A DNA stretch of 64,000 nucleotides, taken from Thalia democratica. Lineage: Eukaryota. The translations under genes were made by a program, and so were the position numbers. The notes beneath the pieces are model-generated. The model saw only the letters and a program-made list of their open reading frames with translations. It was not told where the DNA came from and searched no databases. The stretch lies in assembly GCA_965202585.1 (NCBI GenBank), contig OZ241832.1, positions 63,116,001-63,180,000 on the forward strand. Reading direction: 5' to 3'. Shown one piece after another: positions 52,222-64,000 of this stretch. Numbering within the stretch: position 1 is the stretch's first letter; the number at the start of each line of letters is the position of its first letter.

Positions 52222-54293
52222 TAATTCAGAATCTCACTATCAGAAATTTCGTTAAAGACAAAATCATTTTCAACTGAAGCAGACAAATACTCATCATTCT
52301 TTACATCAACAATATCTTTTCTCTTTTTTAACAAATTGTCAGCAATATTTACAAAATTTTTATTCATTAGATTGCCTACACATTTTGGGTCATTCACAAT
52401 TTCACCACACTCATCAAGCACACCTTTTATTTTACATCTAGATGTAGATTTAGTGGAAACAATATTATTCACAATTTTCCATAATTTTTTACTATTTTGT
52501 TTATTCTTTTTAACTAGTTGTTTATAATAAAGTCGCTTGGAACATTCTATTACTCTGTTTAGTATATTTCGATATTTTTTAAAACAAACAGAAAATTTTT
52601 TTGTTTTATCTTTAATGGCAAATTTAAACATTAAGTTTTTAAAGTTAATTGAGATTATTATACCTTTTGTTATCCACGGTTTAGCTTTTAGTTTTTGTTC
52701 TTTTTTACTTAAAATTTTGACTGGAGCATGATCAAATACCGTCCCACTAAAAGTACTCTCAAACTCATCCCAACATTTATTAACATCTTCACAGTTTTCA
52801 GCACACAAGTTCATGCCTCTCAATTTCACTCTCAAGTCATTCAGAAAAGCTCCAACTTCAAACTTACTGAAGTCCTGAAAGGACCTCAGATCACAATACT
52901 CATTTTTAGACTTTTTGCATTTAATTTCACAGATAACAGGCATATGATCAGATATATCATAATCCACAACATTAACATTTAGCTTTTCACAATCAAAACT
53001 AGAATAAACATGATCAATCAAAGAACTAGACGAATAATCAGCAGAATGCCTAGTTGGCAAATCAACAAATTGCAAAGCACCAGCACTAGAAATACAATCC
53101 AAGTAGTCAAAAGTACGCTGATCTCCATTAAACAAGTTTATATTTATATCACCACCAATTATAAAATATTTATTCTTTTCATTTAATAGGTCTAAAACTT
53201 TAAGGAAATTTTCTTTAAAACTATCAAATGTAGTGCTTGGATGTCTATATACATTACCAACTACAAAAGATTTATTGTTTTCAAGTTTAATAGAGATCCA
53301 CAAATCATCTACATCACACTGCACAAAAGACACACCTTCTACAATCTCATAAGAGTGGCAAGCTCTAACAAAAAATGCAACACCACCAGATTGATTACTA
53401 TTAGACAATTTATTTACAAAATCATATCCATACAACTTACCTACAAAAGGTCTCAGATTTGTTAGCCATGTTTCACACACACAAATCACATCAGGCAACC
53501 CCTCAGTTACACTCAAAAATTTCTTAATTTTATAAAGATTTGCATTCAAGCTTCTTATATTCATAAAGACAATACTAATACAATTATTCTTGTTAAATTT
53601 CACACTATACAGATCTAAGTAACTCTTATTCTTAAATTCAGAAATACTAGGCTTAACAGATTCATAAAAACAATCAAAATCAAAGTTGTTAACATTCTGA
53701 AAGGGAAAAACAGACTTCTTACATATTTCACAATAAAACTTGTAATCACCTTGTTTGTATAGGCTTAGTTTAATTTTATAATCAGAAGCACACTCAACAT
53801 GACATTTTTGAAAGCATATAAAACAGGTTAAACAATTTTTCAAGTTTTTACAAATTAACTTACATTTAAGGCATGCAGACATTTTTAGCTCACAGGTTTC
53901 ACAAAAAAAGGGTAAATCATTTTTGCACATTACTGCAAACTTTTTATTTGATACTTTTGTACATTTAAGATGTATCCATTTAAAGCAGCCTTCACAAAAC
54001 AAACAATCATCTAAATTAGAGAATTTTTTAAAACAAGATTTACAGAAATCATCACTCCAAACATTAATTAGTCCTAGGTTATTTACACAGTCTATACAAT
54101 ATAAAGGATCTTCATTATTAACATAAAAATTAAACTCATGTTCAGATATTCCACAACAACTTAAATGGAACCATTTTTCACAACTATCACAACAAATAGA
54201 ATTAGTTTTTGGATATTCAAAATCTTTTTGACATACACTACAAACAGATTCTAAATCAACTAAACTATCTAACTTCAGTTTTAAAGAACTCAT
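52222..54293 (-). pseudogene. LINE ORF2, N-terminal half: three PHD fingers + apurinic-like endonuclease
   Basis: Three C4HC3 patterns in residues about 18-191, then NIRSL, ETWL, YRHP, GDIN, IDH and SDH endonuclease motifs. Open for about 690 codons up to the MITE. Confidence 0.93.
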
Positions 54294-54353
54294 TTAAACA
54301 AATTAAAAAAAATAATAATAGTATATTTATAACTTGAAACAAATAAATTATTC

Positions 54354-55162
54354 TTAGTTCTGCAGTTTTTCAATGTCTTCAACTGAGTTGATAACATTCA
54401 CTTTTGACTTCTCATCCTTTCTTAACAAAATTGTACCACTTGAGGACCATGCATATTTCCAACCATTTTCTTTTTGAAACCTTCTAGCAAGATAAAGAAG
54501 GTTCCTACTAGTTTTTGACAAGTTTTCATTGAGATAAACCCTTTCAGCCTTTATGTCAGTCAAATCAGCATTAATTAACTTCTTTTTTTCTTTTATAACT
54601 TTAATTTTTTGATCTCGAGATTTAAATGTAACTAATATAGGATTAAACATCCTCTTTCCTTCCTTCTTCTCTTGGTTGGTTCCAGCATCTATGGTCCTCA
54701 AGCGCCTAATTTTTCCAACCTGATGTCTCTCTATTCTTGATCTACTTTCTTTAAAACCTTCATTGCAACAATCTCAACATTTTCATTTTCACAAGTTGGT
54801 ACACCCTGTATTTCAACATTGTTGCCTTTCATCCAGTTTTCAATCTGATTCAGCTTAATGTTTGCTTGCTTGCCATTTTCTTCCATATCAAACATTTTTT
54901 TAGTCAACTTCTCATTTTCCAATTTCACAGTTTTTACATCCTCCTTAATTTTTTCATTCTCTGTCCTCATATCATCAAACTTTGAATACAAAAAATCAAG
55001 TGAATGCTGCAAAGAGTCAATCACTTTTTTTTGGTCAGCTAACTTATCAGTAACTTCCTTCATTTGAGTACTAAGCTTATCAGTTGACTCTTTATGCACT
55101 AAAGTCAAATTCTCAATCAATCTTTTCAACATAACACTAGTAACTCTCTCACCCATATTCAT
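54354..55162 (-). pseudogene. LINE ORF1: coiled coil + L1-ORF1p-like RRM and C-terminal domain, one frameshift
   Basis: Heptad-rich N-terminus, NNVEIQGVP, then PILVTF, VYLNENLS and WKYAWSSSGTILLRK. The two ORF-track pieces join across a 1-nt shift near 54740. Confidence 0.85.
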
Positions 55163-57014
55163 TTAATAATTCTATTTTACTTATATAAAACCTTATTCAA
55201 ATAGAATATCTCTCTCCGAATATCTTTCGGAGTACATAATAAAAATTTGTATAAAAATATAAATTTAAGAAAATAGTGTCTTTTTTTTGCTGCTAAAAGA
55301 TTATATTTTAAACAGAAAACTAACAAATTTCTCAAAAAAAATCAGCCAAACTGTTAAGGTTTTATTAGCTATATACTTAAACTTTACAAACCAAAAACTG
55401 TTTGAGAAGTTTTTTCACGTTTAGGAGTTATATTTTGTTATTTTTTTTTAATTCTACCTAATAACTGCTTTCATAACTATATGTTTCGTAAAACAGAGTA
55501 ACAACTCCTAAAGCATAATAAAAAGTTTAAAACCACTGCAAGCTAGTAAAAAGCTAAGGTAAAGCAGCACCATTTAAAAATTTATAAATGACATTGCTTA
55601 AATAATAAAACTATTTAATTGTAAATTGCAGTTTAATGCCATAAAATAAAGTATCGTTTTAAAAATTCTATTATAATAAAATTAAGTATAATTCTTATAA
55701 TGCTTTCAACATTACAACTACACTTTGTTTTTATAGTTTTGTTTTAAGTTGTGAAACTTTATAAACTAGTTTGTCATATTTGCAAAATAAAACAGTTTTG
55801 TAATATATTTGATTAAAGATAGTCGAGAACTTAAAAGCTTAATCTTGTGTCATTGATAGTAAATACGTCTAAGTTAGCATTATTAAGTAACGTATCTAAA
55901 CAACGTGAGTGATGTATGATGATACTTTTATACGAATTTTTACCGAGTCCGATAAATTTGGATCCAGATAAATAGTTATTACAATTAATCTAAATTATAA
56001 AATTTGTGAACGAAGTGCCGCTGTAATGAACTGCTGCTATTACTTGCATTATTCATTGTTTGAACTTTGAATATTAAGAGAACATTCAGAGCTTGCTGCA
56101 GTTACTTGCAGCTAGACAACAATGACCATATGTGGACTGAATTCTTGAAGCACCCAAATGATCCAACGAAAAACATAGGATAATTATTAATTAAGCATTT
56201 CATAAAAAAACAGAGGAAATACATTTTTTTATGTGCACTTAGGTGTTATTGTGTTAGCTGGTGAAAAACTACTGAAAAAATTCTTGTTTAGAACTTATTT
56301 GTGCATGTTATTGTAGGTATTGTTTAAATGTAGAGTTAATATTAAAACTGTATGTTAATTTCATTAAATAATTTGAGTTAGATTTAAATGTTTAAGAGAT
56401 TTTTAATCTTTCTATATTATTGCTCACTAAAAGTTTTTATTTAAACAATAGTTAAATGTTTTAAGTATTTTGAAATAGATTTAAACATTTGATAGTTCTT
56501 TAAGTGTTTTATAGTTTACTGCACTAAACTATATTTATTATTAAGTTTTACTTTTGCCAAGTTATTTATAAAAGTTTAAATAGTAACTTATATTTTAAAA
56601 ATAGATATTTTTTAAAGTGTTTGTGGTTATTTATATAATAAATACATTACTGAAACTGTTTTGTGTAATTTATACAAAGTAGTCTCAAATAGAATATTTA
56701 TAAGACTGTAATTAATAAAGGTAGGATTAAGTTATGATGAGTAATACTAATAAGTTAACTGTTCCACACTTTACACCGCTTCAAACTTAAAATTTTTTTT
56801 ATCCTTTATAACAAGCTTAGGACCTAGTCAATAAATTACGCTAGGTTTTAAACTTGGTCGTACAGTACATACTATTCTGTATCTAATCTGTAAAACTATG
56901 AATTTGTAAAAAAGTTTTTGGGTATTTATAATTCAGTTTGAATGACTAAGGCCTGGGTCTAGCGTAAGACAACAACTTCCAATTAAATTAACTTAAAATA
57001 ATCATTTATCAGAT

Positions 57015-57244
57015 CAGGGTTTCCCAAAGAGGGCCATGTCAGATACTTAAGGGGCCACCAGCAGCAAAAGGGTAAAAGGGGGGCAGTAAAGGAGCCACCG
57101 GGGCCATGAAGTCATAATTTTTAAGTACACTAGATATTTTCGAGTTGCAGATGAATCAAGAAAGAAGTCTTAGGTGTTTTCAATGGTAGTTTTTGAGCCA
57201 ATCTTGTTGAAGGTGGCAATTTAAAAATAGTTTCAAAAACCCTG
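57015..57244. mobile_element. Charlie-type hAT MITE (CAGGGTTTCCCAAA family)
   Basis: CAGGGTTTCCCAAA...TTCAAAAACCCTG termini; internal match to 34330 and 38372; decayed TSD. Confidence 0.78.
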
Positions 57245-60200
57245 ATCTAGTCTATCTAATTACGAGCTAACATTGTTAATATTAATAAAAAAAGTAATTC
57301 TTAGTATTTTTTTAATCACAAAAACTAGTATAGACCCCAAAATTGCAGGTACAGTTAAAAAATGTTCGGTAAGCAATTCCTGTTTATCAAAATTACTATT
57401 TCTTTATGTTTAGACTAGGAACAGCCAACCAACATAAAAATTTAAGTTACATATCACATGTATATTTAGTTAATACAAGATATTTACCTATGAATAAATA
57501 TTTTAATTCAAAATACTAAAATTTTTGCTATATCGGTCAGCAAAGCAGTAAATATGGTCAACCTACTATAAAAATTGGTTGCCCCTTCCTTATGTTGTAC
57601 CTTTACATGTTTATAACAAGCTGTTACATGATAATTCAAGTTCGGACAACTAAAATTCTTAAAAAATATTTATAAGTCTCTATCTCAATATGTTATAGAA
57701 ACTCGTAAACAATACATATGTAGGTCTTATTAATATCCACAAGCCATTTTTTGCAAAATTTTTAATATTTTTCAAGATACTTCAAATTTACTAAAAATAC
57801 TTATTAATTACATCAGCCTAATTTCTATAAATATCTAATGTTTTGCAAAAAATAGCTTGCTGATATTACAAGGATCTACATGTGTGTTATACAAATATAT
57901 ATTACTCTTTTAGTAGTATACCTTTCAATTTTATCAAGAATTTGAGTAGTCGTGCACCCATAACAAGCTGGTAGTATGTGAATCGCTGATAAGAAACTTA
58001 ATAGTTTAATGCAGCAGTTTACGTAGTAAAGGGGTGCGCAGTTGGCCATTAAATTGATAACATTAGCTCAGTAACTTTTTTTCAATTGAGACAATTCATT
58101 TATTTTTAAAAATATTTAAACTATGTACAAAAAGGCAAACCTAAATTATCTGTTGTTTAGTAAGTAACATTCTTTTGTACAAAAATGTATATTTATATCA
58201 ATTTTAGTGTTAACAGATTATTTACGTGACCCATTAAATTTTCATGACCGTTTTTAGCTGTAGTTACTATTTTAGTAATAATAATTTTTATTTGCTCCCT
58301 TTACTCTTTGTGGTAGTATTAAATTTTTCCACAAGAAAAAATTAATGAAAGTTTCTTTGGCTAATAATCGCACCTTATCATTTTGATTTATGTTGCCTAT
58401 AATAATTAAAATGGTGGTTTAACGAAACGTACTAGTTGTTTCATAAACACTGGTACTTTTTTTTTGTTATTTTGCTTCTAATCAATATATTATGAGTGAT
58501 ATATAATACAATAACTTTAAGTTGGGCAACTTAAAGTTGACCCTGGCTAAAGTAATGTAGAAAATTTTAATGATATATTATTTTAATTAAAAAAATTTTT
58601 TCCTACTCATTATATGTAAGTACCGCTACTTGAACTGAAGTTCACACCAAAAATCTTTATGCTTTACGATATACTGCCAATATACTTTTTAGAATGGTTT
58701 TAAATTTTGTAAACAATGTTACTTGATTCTCAATGATTGCTTCAAAATTAACTTTGAAAGAAGCTTTAATTGCCAATAAAAACTGCTGAAAACTCAACGT
58801 AAATATTTTAACAGCTTTATAAATAGCAAAAGTGTATACGAATCAGAAGCTTTTATAAAGATACCCGAGACTATCAGTAGAATATAACACTTGTACCAGC
58901 ATAAAGAGCATCATTCAGTTGAGAAACTGTGATGAATATAAGCTAGTTCACAAATGAGGGGATAGTAAGTGTCATTTCATGTTACCAACAAAAATGACAC
59001 TGGGTTAGTTTGTCATTTGTGCTTTAGAAAACACAAATGCAGGGTTAGAGAAGTCTATCTAATGATAAAAACCAAAAAACGACATTCGTTTGAGAGTCAC
59101 TTGGGTAAAAGATAGGGTTGGAAAGAAGAAACTTTAAATCAAATTTAAGCATGTAAGTAAAAAAAAAATCAATTTGGTTAAATAATTTTTAGATTAATTA
59201 AAAAAAGCAAATTTCAGGTATTGGCAATAAATTAAAAGTAGTTACTTGCAGTATACTGTAAAGCATAATATAAGATTTAGTCATTTTAGCTTTGATTTTT
59301 GGGTAGTTTTGAAATGGGTAAAAAAAAATTATTTTCCTGTAGTATTTAGTAACCACAATTTATATGATACTGCACACTGCAAAATTGATTAATTTTTTCT
59401 AACTTATGATAACTTAGCTAAATCTTACATCCTAACTTTACCCATGATACTACTTAACCTTATAAGTGATTAACTTAGTATATATATCAAACTCAGGCGG
59501 ATAAACAAAACATAAACAGCAAAAACGAAAAAAAAAAAAAAACAATAATGATTGTTTGTTATTTACAGCAAGTAGCTAAAACAATATACCTATTGATTAA
59601 GCTTTAGAAAATAATAGTAATTAATTTTATGTATCTATAAACGATTAAAATTTAATGAGGGATAAATACACTTTTTTACAGTTAAAACTTTAGTATCTAA
59701 AAAATAATTATCAGTATGCTACAATGTAAAAACAAGTATAATATAATAAAAGCTTAAAAGAAGCTTGAAAAATAAAAATATTGTTTGTTTTTTTAATATA
59801 AATTGAAGTTATAGCATGGCTAATCTATGAATACTTTAAACTATATAGTGAAATTTCAATTAAAAACAAGTTATCTACCTGATTAGTCTCTTAAATTACC
59901 AACAACTAAAATAATAACTTTATTTAGTAAGTCATTTAATAGACAAGTTAAAAGTTGATAATTAATACTTATTTAAATTGCATTTCTATTCAAAAATATT
60001 ACTGTTTTAAACAAATTGACAGTTATATATTATTAATTTTTAATGCTATTTTATATAAATACTTTAAGTTGAATATAAAAGTAAGTTTGTTTTAGTTATT
60101 AACACTACTCATTTTTAGTTTAGTTTTAGAAAGGGTCAATAGTATAATGCATTTTGGATGGCAGATTGTAAAATTTAATTCATTTTATTACACTTAATAA

Positions 60201-60264
60201 TACAAAGTTTCAAAAATAGCAGATTTTGATAGCTTATTATGATGTTATTCAATTTAAATGATAT

Positions 60265-60645
60265 TGACAACATTACTGTACAAGAAACTTAAGACTTTTA
60301 ATGTTTTAAGGCCATGGTGGTCATCCTGTTTTTACAAGTTTATCTTTTGTAGATTTTTATCTTAGCAATAAAAACATTTTAGCGCTTAACAAAACTCAAA
60401 AAAAAATCGAGATTAATGTTTGTTAATTTAATAAGTTATTTATAAAATGCGCAAACTTAAATAAATATCATGAGAGACTTATCACAAGATCTATTATACT
60501 TCGAAAATTTCTTTGGTTTTGTTAAGCGCTAAAAAGTTTTTATTGATAAAATAAAAATCTACAAAGATCAACTTGAAATACAGGATGACCACCATGGCCT
60601 TAAAATATTAAAAGTCTTAAGTTTCTTGTACAGTAATGTTTGTCA
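60265..60645. repeat. Foldback element: about 140-bp inverted arms, about 90-bp spacer
   Basis: CATTACTGTACAAGAAACTTAAGACTTTTAAT.TTTTAAGGCCATGGTGGTCATCCTG is mirrored at 60590-60645; arms continue inward to TCGA at about 60408 and 60500. Confidence 0.88.
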
Positions 60646-62213
60646 GTAATGGCTAAAAATTTTCTGATCGCTAAATAGTTTTTTGTATATTAGTTAAAAA
60701 CTGTCTTATAGTTTCTACTTTAAGCATTCATATAAAAACTAATGCTAGTTTTGTAAAAAAAGACCCTACTTATGGCCTTAAACCAATATATTTTCTAAAG
60801 AATTTATAATCAAACAAAACACTTAAAAACATTCAAAGAATGGTTCTAATAAATGTGTAAGATAAATAAATACTTTAGTTAACAATTTATTTAAATAGTA
60901 AATTTAATCAAGTTTGAAGAGTATACAAAATTTTCACTCCAAGATAAGTTTTTCAAAGTGAATTGCTTACTAATGTTTTTATTTTATATAATAGTTTTAT
61001 GAGTCAATACTGTAAATTTTGTACGAAATTTTAACTAAAATGTTTAAAGTTACATTTAGAACAGCTAAAAACTTCTTGTTTGCATTTTATAAGAAATTAC
61101 TCATGTTCAAAATTGTTTTAAACAAATATGTTTCAAGGTTTAAGTGTCATATGATAAAATATAATGGGTTAAATAGGGTCAGTTTTGTTTAAAAAAATTT
61201 GAAAGTGAGCAATTACAATTGTAATCAAAAAGTTGTTTGCTGTTCATTGAAAGATATTAAAACGTTAAACATAATTTACAGTATTTAACGGGTCGGCTGC
61301 AGTGGTAAGGTTTTGAGTATTTTTTATACATTATTATGCAAATGAAATAAGGAGATAATACAGCAGTACATAAATGACATCTAAAATCTTACCCCTATGT
61401 ATTTTACCAAAAATTTTAATCTTTACCATTACTTCTAAACCACCTTACTTAAATATATAACAAGTAAAACAAAAAATAAGTTTTATTAATTAAAATCCAT
61501 AATAATGAAAAATTTCATTTAAGTCAATCAGAAGATCCTAGGTTTTACAGCTGACAAGGTTAAATATTTTACAGGAGATGAGAGAAACAAATTATTATAG
61601 ATCTATTCTAAAATATAATAAGCAAAACTTATAAGTTTTATCACTTATATACAGGAAAGTATTTTAAATGATATCTGTGAAAGGGAATTGAAATTTATGA
61701 TGATTATTTACATATTAAGATTTTTTGAAACATTTTAACCTTATCCTCTGAACCTAAAATTTATTATACTTCCCTTTTAAAGTATACCACAAAAGAGACA
61801 TAAAAAAGCTGTTTGATTTATACATAAAAATGAGTCGTGTTAACACTATCACAATGTGTACTTGTGGCTTAAATTTTATAGGTCAGTAAAAATAGTTACT
61901 AAAAAATATGTATTAAATTACACATTATCTAAATTCTAATATCATTAAAATAATTTTAATCAAAATTATTTAGTAGAATTTATTATATAGTAAATTTCTA
62001 TCATTTTAAAATTATTAAGAGGGGAAATAAATAATTTTTACTTCAGCTATGTAGTAGTAATCATACAAAATAACTTTAAATTTACTCAAATAAAAGGTAA
62101 GAGTTTCTTGCTGTAAAAACAAACAAAACTTAAATATTAATTTGAAGTGGTTTCTCATCTTAGCACTTGTTCAACATGATTGTTGTAGATTGTCACCTCC
62201 CCCCCCCCCCCCT

Positions 62214-62278
62214 AGCGTACTCCACACTCCAGCGTACTCAACACTCCAGCGTACTCCACACTCCAGCGTACTCAACAC
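62214..62278. repeat. 17-bp tandem repeat x3.8 with alternating variants, after a C14 run
   Basis: AGCGTACTC(C/A)ACACTCC units at 62214, 62231, 62248 and 62265; poly-C 62199-62212. Confidence 0.9.
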
Positions 62279-62799
62279 GAACTTGAATGTGGCTGCCTTG
62301 TTGATGATTGCTGCTTGTCTCCGATGTCCACAAAAATCAGCCCATCTGTACTTCCAATCAACGAAGAGGGTTCTGCTAATTGGTTAATGAAAATAAATGT
62401 TTTTCTGTGTCAGATTAAAAAAATATATATAGTTAAGGGTTGTGGGGGTGGTAAGGAAATTTTAAGAATATTTAATAATGGTTATTAAGGCTGCACAACT
62501 ATTCAAGTTCCTAAAGTTATTTAACAGACCATATCTCAAAAAATAGTAACTTTAATAATTACCTACAAAAAAATTTTATGCAGAAATTTTGTTATTCAAT
62601 GAAATATGGGTTAAATAAGTGTTATATATACTAATTTTCAGTGGTTTTTTAATAAATATTATATTGTAAGTTTTGCTTTGCTATCAAAATCTTATTAATT
62701 AAATCTATAAAAACTTTTTTATTCTTTTTAATGATGTTTTATTTTTTGAGATACAACCTCTTAATTTTTTTAATGATTTGAATTGTCATGTAACAAGCT

Positions 62800-63720
62800 A
62801 TCACATGAAAGCTTAAAATGAAAACTAAATGCCAGTTTATGAAAATAAAAAAATTTATTTAACTTTTGAGATGAAGTATTTTTTGAAATAAATCTTTCAG
62901 ATACATAGTAGAATAAATATATTTTTTTTGATACTTAAATATTAATCAAAATAATCTTCTTTTTAATTTAATGGAGCCTAAGTTTTTTCTGGAAAGATTC
63001 CTTTTATAACTAAAAAGATTTTGAGTTTCATAAAACCTAATAACTGGTAATCTAATTTGATATTATTTTAAGTTAGGCATATCAAACTTTTAATTATTAA
63101 TAGGAAGTGAAATAAATTTGCATTAAATTCAAAATCAATAACTATAATAAAAAAATACTGTGTTATAAAGTATTGACAGAAAACACAATCTTTACACACT
63201 TAAAGATAAAATATTCTAAGACTATAAAATACTCATTAAAAAAGTAAGTTTTTTGCGGATGGTTTCAGCTTTTTGTTGTTTTCATTGAGAGTTTTCAAAA
63301 ACTTTTAAACAAAAGAGAAATTGCAGACAAAAACAATACAAAGGTGTGAAATAAATTAATACATTTCTAGAGAATTTCAGCTTATGCTATAGTTATAACA
63401 GTATGGTGGTAAATTTTAGGGAATAGGTGGGGGGTTCCAACATTTTTTTACTAAAAATTAAATTGGATCTTAAATGAAGCTTAAAGTACAAACTAAAAGC
63501 CAGTTTTTATAGAATTAAAAAATCTTATTCAACTTTTGAGACATTGTAATTTTTATAAAAAATTTCTGATACAATGTACGGACTGCAAATGTTTTGGGGT
63601 TAATTTTCTTGGAAATTAAAAAAGTTACTAAAAATCTATCTTCTCCTTCAGTTTTTGAGCTAGAGGCATCAAACTTTCAGGAAAAGTTCCTTTTATAATT
63701 TAAAAGACTTTGAATGTTAG
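62800..63720. repeat. Diverged direct repeat pair (about 62800-63040 and 63470-63720), probably DNA-transposon derived
   Basis: GAAAGCTTAAAATGAAAACTAAATGCCAGTTTATG matches GAAGCTTAAAGTACAAACTAAAAGCCAGTTTTTA, and downstream CTGGAAAGATTCCTTTTATAA matches CAGGAAAAGTTCCTTTTATAA. Confidence 0.55.
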
Positions 63721-64000
63721 AATATTGAAAATATTACAAATAAAAATTTTAGGTTAAAAAAACAAATAAAAAAAGATGGTTTTTTATTGTTAAAAATTTT
63801 ATTTTTCAAAATTAAAAAAATTCCTACATTCAACTTTTTTAAAACTTAATAATAAACAGTCTGTGAAAACTTGAAGAAGATTGCTTAAAAATGAAGGAGG
63901 AGATAGATTTTTAGTGAAATGGTATCTTTTTGTATTTTTAGTTTGCGTCTTTCATTAGGAACCTATTGAGGTCACTGACTTTGATCGCTCATATCTCAAA

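Larger units (their letters stand above)
48839..55250 (-). mobile_element. Near full-length CR1-group (CR1/Crack/L2-like) LINE, disabled
   Basis: 27-nt poly(A) tail (T-run 48839-48865), about 1 kb 3' UTR, ORF2 (PHD x3, APE, RT) and ORF1. The 5' end is approximate and no TSD was found. Confidence 0.93.

Noticed and set aside
50109-55067. Plus-strand ORFs over the LINE, and antisense ORFs over the Kelch genes (15421, 16716, 24115)
   Set aside because: Antisense shadows of real coding sequence.
58620-58900. KIFGVNFS and a 60-codon open stretch as an RT relic or exon
   Set aside because: A single short motif with no supporting neighbours.

Overview
Very AT-rich, repeat-dense, intron-containing animal genomic DNA; the species cannot be determined from the sequence. 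(1) 1-32 kb holds three BACK-Kelch (KLHL-like) gene copies from old segmental duplications: a 5'-truncated copy A (+), and two-exon copies B (+) and C (-) in a large tail-to-tail inverted duplication. Each copy has its own premature stop. (2) 36.1-39.0 kb holds the last four exons of a Smad2/3 gene (C-terminal MH2, ending in SSMS), which the ORF track misses. Every exon has partial duplicates of its own boundary in the neighbouring intron, and no upstream Smad exons were recognised. (3) 43.2-44.6 kb is a near-identical 328-bp tandem array with five type I hammerhead ribozymes (retrozyme-like), three on - and two on +, arranged head-to-head. A dead relative of the ribozyme lies at about 5 kb beside a possible Penelope-like remnant. 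(4) 48.8-55.2 kb is a near full-length, disabled CR1-group LINE (-) with three PHD fingers at the ORF2 N-terminus and a pogo/Tigger-like MITE insertion. (5) There are many DNA-transposon derivatives, including a decayed Charlie-type hAT with a perfect 8-bp TSD and several MITE families. All alignments were done by eye, so approximate coordinates are flagged.
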